DNA of 64,000 nt from Octopus vulgaris (GCA_951406725.2 OX597814.1:117614001-117678000), one strand, 5' to 3'. Positions 28,080 through 41,638 are shown, counted from the first letter of the stretch. Program-made: numbers and translations. Notes: generated by a model not told the origin, from the letters alone.

Positions 28080-28495
28080 CGCAGGAGTGGCTGTGTGGTA
28101 AGTAGCTTGCTAACCAACCACATGGTTCGGGGTTCAGTCCCACTGCGTGGCATCTTGGGCAAGTGTCTTCTTCTATAGCCCCGGGCCGACCAATGCCTTG
28201 TGAGTGGATTTGGTAGACGCAAACTGAAAGAAGCCTGCCGTATATATGGATATATGTATATGTATGTGTGTGTATGTGTTTGTGTGTCTGTTTTTGTCCC
28301 CCTAGCATTGCTTGACAACCGATGCTGGTGTGTTTACGTCCCCGTCATATAGCGGTTTGGCAAAAGAGACCGATAGAATAAGTACTGGGTTTACAAAGAA
28401 TAAGTCCCGGTGTCGATTTGCTCGACTAAAGGCGGTGCTCCAGCATGGCCGCAGTCAAATGACTGAAACAAATAAAAGAGTAAAAGAGTAAAAGA
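28078..28495 (+). mobile_element. Full-length tRNA-derived SINE family A
   Basis: A box TGGCTGTGTGG, B box GGTTCAGTCCC, internal (TA)/(TG) tract, 3' stem-loop CAGTCA-AA-TGACTG, (TAAAAGAG)n tail. Confidence 0.92.
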
Positions 28496-28505
28496 ATATA
28501 TATAT

Positions 28506-30830
28506 ATGATAGCTATCACCGAGACTTGGCTGACTCCAGCAGTAAAGGACTCAGAAATCCACCTACAGGGCTACGTCCTCTTCAGATGTGACAGAGAAAA
28601 AAGGCGAGGTGGAGGTGTTGCTGTGTATGTTAAATCTGATCTCAAACCGTCCAGTGGTATTCTACCCACTAATGCTCAACCTACAACAAAATTCGATGAC
28701 GTCTATTGCAAGCTGAGCCTATCCGAGTTTTGCCTGCCCGTGTTAGCTGTCTACATGCCGCCTCTTGCCGCCCTCCAGGACGATGCTCATTTACTCGAAG
28801 CGATAAGATTCGTTTCAGCTTCGCATGACTGTTTGATACTAGGAGACTTCAACGCACCCACGATCGATTGGCCCGCATCAATTTGTACATCATCTTCCCG
28901 GTTCGGCCAGGCCCTTCTTGACATGGCTGAAGATTGTTTTCTATCGCAACATGTTGAATATCCGACAAGGCATCGGTCTGGGCAACAGCCATCTATGCTG
29001 GATCTGGTATTCTCCCGCTATCCAAGATCAGTGTCAGACGTATCTGTGTGCGCCCCTCTTGCCAAGAGTGATCATGCGGTCCTGAAGTTCGTCATGCAAA
29101 CAAATTTTTCTACGCCCACGACTACTTCGCTGCCACGTAGAGTCTTCTCTGCAATTAATCTTGAAATTCTAACCGAGGCTTCCGCGCTTCTGGACTGGCG
29201 ATCCCTGATGACGTTGTCCTCAGTTGACGATCTATGGTCATCCCTCAAAGCATATATAATCTGGTTGAATGACCAGGCAGTTCCCGTTGAGCTTCCCAAG
29301 AAGAAGAAACACAAGCCCTGGGTGACGAAGAAGGTTAAACGAGAACTTCGACTCAGAGATATTGCTTGGGCTGAATTCAAAAATCTGGATTCGACTGCAG
29401 CTTTTGAGGTGTACAAAACTCAACGAGACCAATCTGCCCAATTTTCAAGAAAGGGAGCCGCGAAGACCCGCTTAACTACCGACCGGTTTCTCTTACATCA
29501 ATAATCAGCAAGATGTTCGAAAGCATCATTAAGAAAAGTATGATGCTCCACCTCCAAAACACAGCCTCTATCTCTGATTCCCAACACGGCTTCGTGCCGA
29601 AGAGATCATGCTTGACCAACTTACTGGTAATGGAAGAATTGGTGACGCGCATCCTTGATGATAGTGATGCTGTTGACATCGTTTTATTGGACTTTGCCAA
29701 AGCTTTTCACTCGGTAAACCACCGCCTATTACTTGTCAAGCTTCAAGCATATAGTTTCCATCCAGATATTGTACGATGGGTTGGTGCCTTCCTCTCAGAT
29801 CGCTCCTTCCAAGTCCAAGTTAATGGTTTGCGGTCCGATGTCTCCAGTGCGAGCAGTGGCGTGCCTCAAGGTTCACTGCTTGGGCCCTTATTGTTCTTAG
29901 TCTTCATAAATGACTTGCCCGACGACCTCACGCAACACACCCTTCTATTTGCCGACGATGTCAAACTGGTCGCTCCTCGCGGTGATATAGAGGATCTTCG
30001 TCGATGCCTCCACCAAATTTGGAGATGGTCTAACGAATGGGACCTGTGTCTGAACGTGTCAAAGTGCTGTCATCTGCCTGTTGGCTCTCCTCCTGCAACT
30101 CAACCTGATTTCGAGTCGGGTCATCTGCTGCTGGAGAGGACCGATCAGGTAAAGGACCTGGGTATCTTGGTGGATTCCTCCTTTTCGCCTTCCGCCCAGT
30201 GCGTCCATGCTGCCAACAAAGCACGCGGAATTCTGTTCCTGATTCGACGGTCATTCGGAATGCTCACAGCAGCCATATTCCTACCACTCTATGTCACGCT
30301 GGTGAGACCCATATTGGAGTACGGGATTCAAGCCTCTTCTCCTTATCTCCTCAAAGACATACAGCATCTCGAAAGAGTCAAGAAGCTGGCTACCCGCATG
30401 GTTCATGGTCTCAAACATTTGTCCTATGAAGAAAGGCTGAAGACGCTCGACCTTTATTCTCTAGAAAAACGCCGCCGTCGTGGTGATCTCATTCTCGCCC
30501 ACAACATCATAAGCGGAAAGTGTAACCTCTCGAAAGAGCTGTTCTTCACTCCTGCTCCAGAGCGTCGGCTACGGGGTCATTCCGAAAAGCTCTACCTGCG
30601 ACGATTTCATCTCAATCGAAGGAGAGGAGCTTTCTCCGTCCGGGTTGCGGTTCCGTGGAACTAAGCTGCCAGACGAGATGGTGAAGATGCCAACGACCGC
30701 TTTGTTCAAAGCCTCCCTTGACCTCAAGTGGCCTGAACTCTTTACCTGAACACCATACTGTACTTAACTCCATGTCTCCCTACATGGCCTTGCTATTTGC
30801 TTTTGAGCCAAATGAACTAACTAACTAACT

Positions 30831-30833
<3 letters not shown>
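28506..30833 (+). mobile_element. CR1-type LINE with internal deletion (APE + RT)
   Basis: ITETWL, GDFN, SDH; abrupt jump near 29430 to CPIFKKG..NYRPVSL; QHGF, DFAKAF, GVPQG, FADD; stop at 30662; (AACT)n tail. Confidence 0.92.
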
Positions 30834-30877
<44 letters not shown>

Positions 30878-31625
30878 ATATTTCGGAATGGTCATTTTGC
30901 CAGTTTAGCCAATAAAAACACACGCACTATATATTTGGTGTTAATTTGCTTCAGTGTTATTTATTTTTTACATTCATCTTAATCTAATTTCGGCCAGAGT
31001 TCTTTCGTCACACTTCTGTGACCGCATCAGTGGTCCTTTGTTTTCTTCTTTCTTATTTATGTCTCTCCTTACTAACCATCAGCAATTTTGTATTTCTATT
31101 GTATGTCTTCATTTGCACATGCTTACATCTCTATGTGCGTCTATGTTTATTTAGTGTGTGTGTGTGGGGGGGTGCCTGTAAAATTTGTATCTTCTGTTTA
31201 TATCCCTTCATGTAATTTGTTTTTGTTGTTGTTGTTTTTGTTTATTCTTATTTTTATCATGTGCTTACATCCACTTATTATTATTATCATTACGTATGCT
31301 TGTATATATGTATAACAACAATACTAGTAATAATAATAATAATAATAAATTAAAAAAAACTTTTAAATTAAACAAAAAAATATATAGTTATTTATTTCAA
31401 TTTGTGTATTTATCTGTATCTTTCATTTATTCTGTTTTTGGTTTTGTTTATATTGTAACCAGTTTATTGGGATCCTCTACCGTCGTATGCTAAGGTGTGT
31501 GCTAGTGTTCCATTCCAGTTTCCTATTTAGGCCAGGTTTATCTTCTATTATGTGTGTAGCTTCTGTAAATTACAGAAGAAAATTTCATGCCATGCTACAG
31601 TACACGTATTATTTTCAAATATAAA

Positions 31626-31825
31626 AGGCGGGGAGCTCCAAGAAACGTTAACTTAGCAGCATTTCGTCTGTCTTCACGTTCTGAGTTTATATTCCACGGA
31701 GGTCGACTTTGCCTTTCATCCTTTTGGAGTCGATAATATAAAATACTAGTCGCGTACTGGGGTCGATCTAATCGAATAGCCCCTCCCCAAAAATTTCGGA
31801 CCTTGTGTCTAGAATAGAAAAGAAT
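31626..31825 (+). mobile_element. SINE family B, diverged
   Basis: GGAGGTCGACTTTGCCTTTCATCC body shared with the other copies. Confidence 0.75.
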
Positions 31826-32764
31826 ATTTTCAGATTTAATTTACAAAACGTACCCAACATTTGCAATGTAAATGTTAAACCTATCTTCATATGTTTTCGT
31901 GCTTATCATTCACCAACAGGTCAGAATTAATCTAAAAATGTAAAAGTTCAAAAGTTGTGCAGAGTAGCAAATAGGAATTGAAATGAAACAATTAGAACCC
32001 TTCGAGATTATTTATAAGCTTCAGAAATAGAAGAGAGAATTAAGCGAAGATACGGAGTTACTAATCAATATATTCATTGAAATAGAAAATTAGGAATATT
32101 GCATGATGGTGATCCATTGGATGGGTACGGAACTAATTTAGCAGGATATACGCAATTATAAATGTAATTGACTGAAATATATGATGTTTCGAGTAAATCA
32201 AACCTGGTTCCTATATAATTTCATGTAACAGACTCTGGATTCTTAGCTGGGTGCAATGAAGCTGATGACCTATCGCGTATGCATAATAAATTATTTGGTG
32301 AATGTTGATAAAGTATGTAAATCAATTTAAATAATAGCTAACAATTTCTATGTTGCTACAGAGGCCAGGCAATTGTGGATAAATTATGAAATATGCAATG
32401 GATACAAAGACTACAAGTTGACGCTATATATATATATACATTCAATAGCTTAAGAAGACGAAAAAAAGCAGCAATCTGTAAAGCAGAATCCTAAAAAGTT
32501 CTTCAAACGTAAGTGGTTTCATTAGACAAATACATGTTTAAATATGCAAAAATGCTAAAGCTTTTTGTTGTCCTAAAGTCATCATTCTTGATATGCTGAC
32601 TCTATCTAGCTATACAGATATTCGTTAAAATATACCTGATACTTGCGCCAGTGTGTTTACTCAACGCCATACATTTTTGTTGAAAGTATCGTAAAATGAT
32701 CTTATTTTGGCTATGATCGTTATCGCAATGAGGATAGTTACACAGAGTAATAGACTGATTGTTT

Positions 32765-32918
32765 CTACTCCCTTACTTGTTTCAGTCATGCTGGAGCACC
32801 GCCTTTAGTCGAGCAAATCGACCAAGGATGTATTCTTTGTAAGCCTAGTACTTATTCTATCGTGTTTTTTTGCCTACCCGCTAAGGTACGGGGAGGTAAA
32901 CACAACGGCATCGGTTAT

Positions 32919-32972
<54 letters not shown>

Positions 32973-33134
32973 TACGTTGGGTTTCTTTCAGATTCCGACT
33001 ACCAAATCCACTCACAAGGCTTTGGTCGACCCTAGGCTATAGTAGAAGACACTTGTCCAAGTTGCCACGCAGTGGGACTGAACCCGGAACCATGTGATTC
33101 GTAAGCAAGCTACTTACCACACAGCCACTCCTAC
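32765..33134 (-). mobile_element. SINE family A
   Basis: Reverse complement of 28078-28495. Confidence 0.9.
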
Positions 33135-34267
33135 TTTTAAAATTTTAAAATATTTCGACTTGAGTATCATAATATGACAACATAATTCTATTTTGATCAT
33201 TTCATCCTACTATAAGTACAATGCCTGACGTGTTGGGTGTAGAGACGTCGTCAATTTCATTGACCCTGGTATGCAACTCGCATTTATTTTATCGATCTAG
33301 AAGAGATGCTTCTAAGCGTGTTCTCTGGTGTGCTAACGGTTCTCCCAGCTCGCTGACTTAAGCAGCTATTGTTCATAATGGCAATGATCACACAACTGTA
33401 CCTGACGACGAATCAGATAGGAAAAAAAATTATACTCTTACATCAAATCTTTTATAATTTTAGATTTTTGTTTCCATTTTCACATTAGAGTTAATTAAAA
33501 AACAAAAATTATAAAAACTGTTTACATATTTGTTTCTTTCTGTCCAGCTCGTTATTTTTAAATTGGAAACACTCTGACGTGAGTTTTATCTATATTTTCG
33601 TAATTACACATTTTGTCTTGAAAGACTTTAGAATAGCGTTAACAACATCCATGAAAGGAATTTATATTGAGTTAATGTTTCAAATTATATGTAACTGCTG
33701 GGAAATATTTTAAACATTTCTTTTATGCATCATATAATTTTAACATAAACCATTATTTGAGGAGAAATTCATTCTAAGTGACAATAATTTCAGCCATTAT
33801 CACAGTTTCTATTGAAATAACGCTTTTAATTGACAATAATTCTCGAATTCTTCAATACACGTATACGAAACAGTCATAGCACTTACATGATATTTCTATG
33901 ACGTCACTATAGCTGTTCATATGAGGGTTAAGGCACTTCTTGCAATGATGATGTACTTGCGTAAGAATATTAAATACATAATATCAAATAAAAATCAATG
34001 TTTTGATTTACTTTGCAGTTGAAATATGAAATCAGCTCTCACATGTCGAAATAATGACAGAGCACATATCGAAATACATTCAGCCATCAATATATTTATT
34101 GACATATACACGGGCACACAAATACACATGCAGACACACAACACAAACTCTCTCTTTCACTTTCTCTATCTCTCTTGTATATATATATATATGTATGCGT
34201 GTGTGCATGTGTATTTGTTCGTCTGTGTATATGTATTTCGACACGTGAGAGCTGATTTCGACACGTA

Positions 34268-34658
34268 GGCGCAGGAGTGGCTGTGTTTACCAACCACATG
34301 GTTCCGGGTTCAGTCCCACTGCGTGGCACATTGGGCAAGTGTCTTCTACTATAGCCTCGGGCCGACCAAAGCCTTGTGAGTGGAATTGGGAGACGGAAAC
34401 GGAAAGAAGCCCGTCGTATATATGTATATATATGTATATATATGTGTGCGTGTATATTTGTGTTTGTCCCCCTAGCATTGCTTGACAACCGATGCTGGTG
34501 TGTCTATGCCCCCGTCATTTAGCGGTTCGGCAAAAGAGACAAATAGAATAAGTACTGGGCTTACAAAGAATAAGTCCCGGGGTCGAGTTGCTCGATTAAA
34601 GGCGGTGCTCCAGCCTGGCCGCAGTCAAATGACTGAAATAAATAAAAGAGTAAAAGAG
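34268..34658 (+). mobile_element. SINE family A
   Basis: Near full-length match to 28078-28495. Confidence 0.9.
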
Positions 34659-34690
<32 letters not shown>

Positions 34691-34691
34691 A

Positions 34692-34876
34692 TTTGTTTCA
34701 GTTATTTGACTGAAGCACCGCCTTTAGTCGAACAACTCAACCCCAGGACTTATTCAATCCAAGTACTTATTCTATGGGTCTCTTTTTTCCGAATCACTAG
34801 GTAGCGAGGACGTAAACGCACCTGCATCGGTGTCAAGTGATGGAATAGGGAACAAACACAGAGACACAAATACGTG

Positions 34877-34958
<82 letters not shown>

Positions 34959-35087
34959 CAGATACATATGTCGGGCTTCATTCAGTTTCCGTTGATCAAA
35001 TCCACTCACTGGGCTTTGATCAGCCTAGGCGTGTAGTAGAAGGTATTTGGCCAAGATGCCACGCAGTGGGACTGAACTCGGAACCAA
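34692..35087 (-). mobile_element. SINE family A, diverged, tail-to-tail with the previous copy
   Basis: TGTTTCAGT..GCACCGCCTTTAGTCGA...GGGACTGAACTCGG. Confidence 0.8.
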
Positions 35088-35106
35088 CTACGTGTGTATG
35101 TTCATA

Positions 35107-35137
<31 letters not shown>

Positions 35138-35240
35138 ATATATATATATACACACACATATATACCGGAGTAAGCACATAAATAGGAAACAAGGTGGAGA
35201 AAAGAGTGCTCATATACCAGAGGTAAAGGAATATGCTTTA

Positions 35241-35357
35241 TTTAAAAGCAGAAGAAATATAGCAAATGCTGTTACTCGTAGTTTCATGTTCCCGTTCGTC
35301 AGACTGGGATGTGAAACTCTGAGTAACAGCTTTTGCTATATTTCTGCTGCATTTAAA
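35241..35357. repeat. Fold-back centred on a minus-strand hammerhead motif
   Basis: Arms 35241-35286 / 35312-35357; minus strand GT-CTGACGA-ACGGGAACAT-GAAAC-TACGA-GTA-AC at 35271-35304. Confidence 0.7.
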
Positions 35358-35358
35358 G

Positions 35359-35426
<68 letters not shown>

Positions 35427-35631
35427 TGTGTGTGTGTATGTGTGTGTGTGTGTATTTAATTACCACTAGCCATATAAAGAAGTGTGATTTTATGCTCCAC
35501 AAGCACATAGGAGAAATTCTATTAAGGAAACTATTGCAGTATTCCATCTTTTGAATACAACTTACTCACACATACACACACAAACACAGACACAGGCATA
35601 TATATTTATATTCATGTATGCAAAACCTGGA

Positions 35632-35677
<46 letters not shown>

Positions 35678-35689
35678 GTATGCGTATAT

Positions 35690-35750
<61 letters not shown>

Positions 35751-36794
35751 AAGACGCGTGGACTAGTGCTGAGTCTTTGCACTTACGATCGTGAAATCGT
35801 GGTTTCATTTCCTAGACCCAGCGGTGTGTTGTATTCTTGTACAAAACACTTCATGTCATCTTGCTTCGCGATCACTTCCATACCATAGCGAATGGTATAC
35901 CGTGTAGCTGTTTAGGCAACATTGATCCCATGGACGGCGTGAGATAATGTACGGCACAAGTATTTAATCACATGTCTATTGTGCAGTTCGTTCAGCAAAA
36001 GCTGAACGTTCATTGCGTTTCCTTCGACAGAACATAACAATACTTACTATCTACCCTACGAACTACCCTTTTTTGACGATAAAGCTAGATATATGGCTCC
36101 AGTACATTGGGAATCTAGGAAATTGTCTAACATTAATTGATTTATCACTATTAAATAGAATACAGTTGGTAACTCCCTACTACATCTGAATTCATTGAAA
36201 ATGCGCCTCCTGTGACTAAGGTCGAACCAATGAATTATTCTGCCATTCCGAAATCTGCATACAAAAATATTAAAACAAGTCTAACATCAGCGCCCATTCC
36301 TCGTTCTCTTTTACAATAATCATTGCTCTCTTTCTTTCCATCACTTTCTAATCCTCGCCAACAAACTCACACTGAACTGCTTACATACCCCAATTAAGAT
36401 TTTCATTATTGAAAATTGATAAACAACATTCACTTATACATTCACTCTTTCCAACGTTAATTACATATCTCCGGAAAAATGAACAAATGAATCATGATAC
36501 ATCCGATGTCCCTAGATACTGTACTTTAATCATCCGAGTAGCTCGGACCGAAGGAAATTTTGGATTTGTCTAAACGCGTGTAATGATGCATTAAATTATT
36601 TATAAATCCCATCCATGGATTACTATTATCATTCGTATTTTATTCTAGATTATATAGGCACAACTCAGTAAATCTTTAAAAAAGCTGCCATTGTTACTTG
36701 ATATAATTAGACCGTAGCTGGCAAAATAAAATAAACGCTTTTTGTATGCATACGCAATATCCTTTCCCGTAAACAAACTTAAGGGATATATATG

Positions 36795-36855
<61 letters not shown>

Positions 36856-36931
36856 TATATATATAAGACGAAGACAGGTGGTGTACAAAACAAACAGAGG
36901 CATTAGTATAACGCTCAGGATTAGAAAAAGT

Positions 36932-36967
36932 CTTTTACGTTTCGAGCCTACGCTCTTCTACAAAAAG
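36932..36967 (-). ncRNA. Hammerhead-like motif, YUGUNGA-core family (element about 36865-37030)
   Basis: Minus strand: CTTT-TTGTAGA-A-GAGC-GTAG-GCTC-GAAACGTA-AAAG. Confidence 0.55.
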
Positions 36968-37029
36968 AGACGGAGAAAAAACAAGGAAAGAAAAAGATGT
37001 GTGTAGTGGCTAACGATCTATCATGGCGA

Positions 37030-37091
<62 letters not shown>

Positions 37092-37226
37092 AATATATGT
37101 CATGCATGGGGACAAAGGTATGAGCAGAATTTAGGTTAGAATATATTTTTACCGTAAGAGATATTTTTCTCACAGTAACTGCAGATGAAATATGTGACAA
37201 ACCTATTTCAACTAACGTAAGTTCTG

Positions 37227-37278
<52 letters not shown>

Positions 37279-37957
37279 TGTATATATATATATATATATA
37301 TATATTCAAAGATAATATTAATCTCTCAAAAGAACACAACAAATAAAATAAGAACGCGATGGTAACAGAAGTGGTGGTCTTTCTGTAGCTGTGTGTTCCT
37401 TTAGATGTGCTTAGAAGGGATGGTCAGTGGAATGGTGCTTGACCGGCAGAATGAAGGGTGTGTATTGGTGTGTATGCAATCGTGTTCGTGTATGTACGTG
37501 TTCTTATGTGTGTGCATATATGCGTGTGTGCCTGTGTGTGCGTATATATGCGTGTATATGCGTGTGTTCGTGTGTATGAGCGTTTATGTGCATGTGTATG
37601 TATGCGTGTGTATGTGTGTGCATGTATGTACGTGTGTGTGTGTGAATGTACGTATGTGTGTGTGTGTGTAGTGTGTCTGGGAGGTACATATGCATTGATT
37701 TGTGTGCGCGTGCGTGTATGTGTGCGTATGTGTCTATGTAGGTGTGAGTATATATGTTTGTTTTTTGTGTATAAAAAATAAAATAAAATATATTAGAGAA
37801 AATACTAGAGAAAAGGGGAAAATACAAGATGAAAAAATAAAATTAATAAATCGAAAAATGAAAAATAACAAAAGCAAGATAAAAAGCTAAAATTAAGAAC
37901 GCAGTTCTATATTTAAGAGATGAGGAATTATTTACATTATTTATATTTTGACGGACA

Positions 37958-38025
37958 TATGGCGTAGTGGTTAAGAGCGTGGGCTACTAATCCCAAGATT
38001 CCGAGTTCGATTCCAATCAGTGACC
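37958..38025 (+). mobile_element. tRNA-like SINE head
   Basis: A box TGGCGTAGTGG, B box GAGTTCGATTCC, no acceptor stem; followed by (AAT)n. Confidence 0.6.
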
Positions 38026-38399
38026 TTAATAATAATAATGATAATAATAATAATAATAATAATGGTAATAATAATAATACTGATAACAAAACATCGAAAA
38101 TACCTTAGAAACGAGAACTTAGGTTCGAAACTTCCCCAAGATACTTGACGAAGGCTGGAGGGTGTATCTACCAAAACTGTGTGTTAGCAACAAACAAGAT
38201 TAGGACAAAATTCGTCAAAAGGTATATAATGTAAGTTAAATTAGAAATAAGTTCAATTATAAAAAAAAGGAGATAATATATAGATGAAAGGAGATAAAAG
38301 GATCGAAATAAAAAATTACGACGGGAAAGAAAATGATAAAAAAATCGATAAAAATGAATAAACGTGTAAAAAAGAGAGTGAATATAACTTATTTTTAAG

Positions 38400-40250
38400 G
38401 TGGATTTAGAGACAGTCATAGTGAGGACGGTGTTGTGTTGAGTCTGAAAATGTAACGCTGTTCAAGGCAGAGTCGAGAGTGTATAAATGCATGGTGTGTG
38501 GTGTAGGGTGAGACCAAATTAGGATATATTAGAGGTGGGTGGAGTGGTTGGCCAAACGGAGGTGACGGGCCTCGTGGGTGATCGTACATAGCCGAACATC
38601 TCGTAGATGTTCGGTGAACCGGTCAGCCAGCGGCGGCCCATCTGCCTAACGTAAATTTTTTTGCAGAGATTACATCTAATGTAATAAATAATGCCGGAAG
38701 AAGTGCAGCAGAACGAGTGTCTAATGTGGTGTGTGTGCTGGTTGAATCCAGAGAGGGAGGTGGTTTTGCTGATGAAAGAGCAGGTATAGCAGTGGGATCC
38801 AGAACAAGACGAAGATACCGGTTGGGTTGGGATGGAAAAGGGAAGGTGCTACAGACTAGCAGATTGCGTTGTTTATAATCACGTATAAAAGAGATAAGGG
38901 TGGGTTATAGAAAATGGGGCGGGTGGATTTATCTAGCTGTAGACGACGGAAACCCATAGGACTCTCCTCCGACGGAGAAGGGTGGAGGGGTGAAAAGGAG
39001 GGAAAAGTGGGTGCGGTGAGGGATTAGTGTTGGGAAGTAGAGCGTTCGGCGGTGAGATCGATTACACGAGCGCGGGCAAGGGCAGTTTGGACATAGTGTG
39101 GATGGGTATTTTCAATGCATGAACATGTGGGCTAGGTACTGGGACTGGGTCTCGAAATCCTGGTCCCGGCTACACAAGCGTCGTAGGCGGAATAACTGTG
39201 AGTAAGGGATGGCCCAGTTGGTGTATGAGGAATGGGAGGAGGAAACGTTGAGGTAAAAGTGGCACTCCATGGGTTTAAAGAAGGGTGGAGATCGTGAGAG
39301 AATGGGAGGTGTGGTCAATGGTGAGAGATATCTAAGGTCTACAAGGGTGTCACAGATAGTAGAGGTAAATTGGAAAGAAGGGTGAATGTTAGAGAGGAAA
39401 GAGATGAAACCGCAGAATTGTTCGTGGGAGAGGGAGGTGCACTCTATACAATCGTCTATGTAGCGACTGTATTGTTCTGGGGTCGGTCCAGAGAATTGGG
39501 AGGATACTTGGGCTTCAATGTAATCAACAAATAGGTTGGCGGAATTGGAGTCCATTCTCGTTCCCATAGCGACGCCAGAGAACTTTTGGTAAATGTCCCT
39601 AGCTAACGAAAAGCGGTTGAGGGTATGGACGAGTTCTGGCAGATGGAGAAGGGTGGAGGTCTGAGTGTGGGGTCGGGACGACGGTCGAGGGAGTATTGGA
39701 GGATTAAGGGACCGTGTTTGTGAGGGGTCACGGTGTATAGGGATTTGATATCCAAGGTGAAGAGTATGTGCGAGGAGCCGGGAGGGAAGAAGTAATTGAA
39801 AAGGCAAAGGGCGTGTTTGGTGTCAGGCATATTGTATGGGAGGGCAGCAACTAAAGGTGACAAAATGCGGTCAAGGTATTTGGAGATAAATTTTCATGGG
39901 CAATTACAAGTGGAAACAACGGGGTGGCCAGTGTTACCGGATTTATGTAATTTGAGAAGAAAATAGGTGGTGCTTGTATGGAGTGTTTAGACGTGGAGGT
40001 TGGTATGGGTAGGTGGGGACAGAGAAGGAGACGCGGTCATGGATGGTGGATGACAAGCGCTGGTTCCTAGCAGGAAGCGATAGAAGAGGGTATTTCGAAG
40101 CTGACTGAGCGCCTCCTACTTATAAAGGTCCACGCGCCGCACCACCACTGCTGCACTTTTTACTACCAGCTTGGCGACGACGTCGTAGCAGCGACGGTGG
40201 TCGCTAAGGGCAATCGATTCAGCCCGGGTGATGTTGGTCCGGAAGGATTT
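38400..40250 (-). mobile_element. Decayed Neptune-type Penelope-like element
   Basis: NITRAESIAL..AAVVV; TLDIKSLYT; GVAMGT..ANLF..RYIDDC; Cys-rich linker HCYTC and GIIYYIRCNLCKKIYV (GIY-YIG) near 38650-38800. Confidence 0.88.
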
Positions 40251-40275
40251 TTTTTTTAAATATATATATATATGC

Positions 40276-40308
<33 letters not shown>

Positions 40309-41067
40309 TGTATGTATGTATGTATGTATTTATGTATGTATGAATGTAATCTCACACATAGACACACGCGCACACAGTTATTAGTCAGTGCGTATTTCAT
40401 CTTCAGTGTACTTAATTCGGCTAAAATTTTGTACTTCGAGGACGCTGCCTATTTTACACGTTTATCTCCACTGCAAATTAATAGCGAAATCAAATTTTAA
40501 GTAACATTCAACATAACGTTAGAACACATATATGTCTTTGATAGCAACATATCTCGTGTATCTGAAATTAAAAGGGGATTACCGAAATATTTCCTGGCAA
40601 AAATAGCACTAATTACAATTAAATTAAAACCAATACTATAAAAGAGAAGTAATGAACATGCGGCTAATTTAAATTGCAATGTCAAATTAAGCTAAAATTG
40701 GGATCATTGAACTTGAGTAAAAGGGCAACTAGTTACATGCTACCAGCTGACAAACTGAATTGGATAATTCATGGTACGGCTAATCAAATAGGAGTAATTA
40801 GGAATGTAATTATATTCGTAAATTGCAAATTAAAATTTCACAAATGTCACGATTCAAGTAGTGTCTTAATACTTTTAGCTCTGAATATTTCAGGGTGAAT
40901 TATCCGATTACTCGTGATATCAGGTAAATGTTTGTTAAAATTTCTATAATCGGAAACGTGATTCTTCACTTCGACATGCTTTACTAATGACGCTTCAGAA
41001 TTAGAAAATTACTATTTTTAAATCTCATGTTGTGAGATATTCAGAAACAGTACTTTGTAGTAAAAAA

Positions 41068-41299
41068 GTTTGCCAACATAACATGGCAGTCCTGGTTAAG
41101 GACGAATGTTGCTGTAATTTGACCCCTGGAGACATCATCTTCAGCTGACTATACGACACGATCTGTGTCCAGATATTCCCTTGTTCGAAAATATAAGGAC
41201 ATAGATCGTGTCGTATAGCCAGCTGGAGACGATGTCTCCTGGGGCTGATTTACAGCAACATTCGTCCTAAACCAGGACTGCCATGTTATGTTGGCAAAC
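41068..41299. mobile_element. Fold-back (MITE-like) palindrome, approx. 103-bp arms
   Basis: 41068-41170 is the reverse complement of 41197-41299 with few mismatches; 26-nt spacer. Confidence 0.8.
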
Positions 41300-41309
41300 A
41301 GTCTTTACA

Positions 41310-41638
41310 ACGACGCTCCAGAAGTTGAGGGGGATTTGGCTACTAAGTTCTTCCCCACCCAGCTTATTTCCCCACACCTTTCTCCTAACTACTACCTCTT
41401 TTGAAGCACCTTGAGAATTTAAAAAATCTAACCGATGCTGAAAGTTCGTTCAAAGAGTTCATCAGTTCCAGGTCTCCAGATTTTTATGTTACCAGAATAA
41501 ACAAACTTGTAATTCGTTGGCAAAAATGTGTTGATTGTAATATTACTTACTGTGATGAATAAAATTTCCGCATTGTTGAAATATGGTTTGATGAATTTCA
41601 TGTTTCAAACCGTTGATTGCATTTTACTCAGCCTGATA
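41310..41638 (+). mobile_element. mariner transposase 3' remnant
   Basis: PAYFPHLSPNYYLF (YSPDL-type motif) and INKLVIRWQKCVDCN. Confidence 0.75.

Noticed and set aside
30873-31082. Possible solo LTR (TG start, AATAAA, CA end)
   Set aside because: No second LTR, PBS, PPT or TSD visible.
37958-38025. Functional tRNA gene
   Set aside because: A and B boxes are present but no acceptor stem can form; treated as a SINE head.
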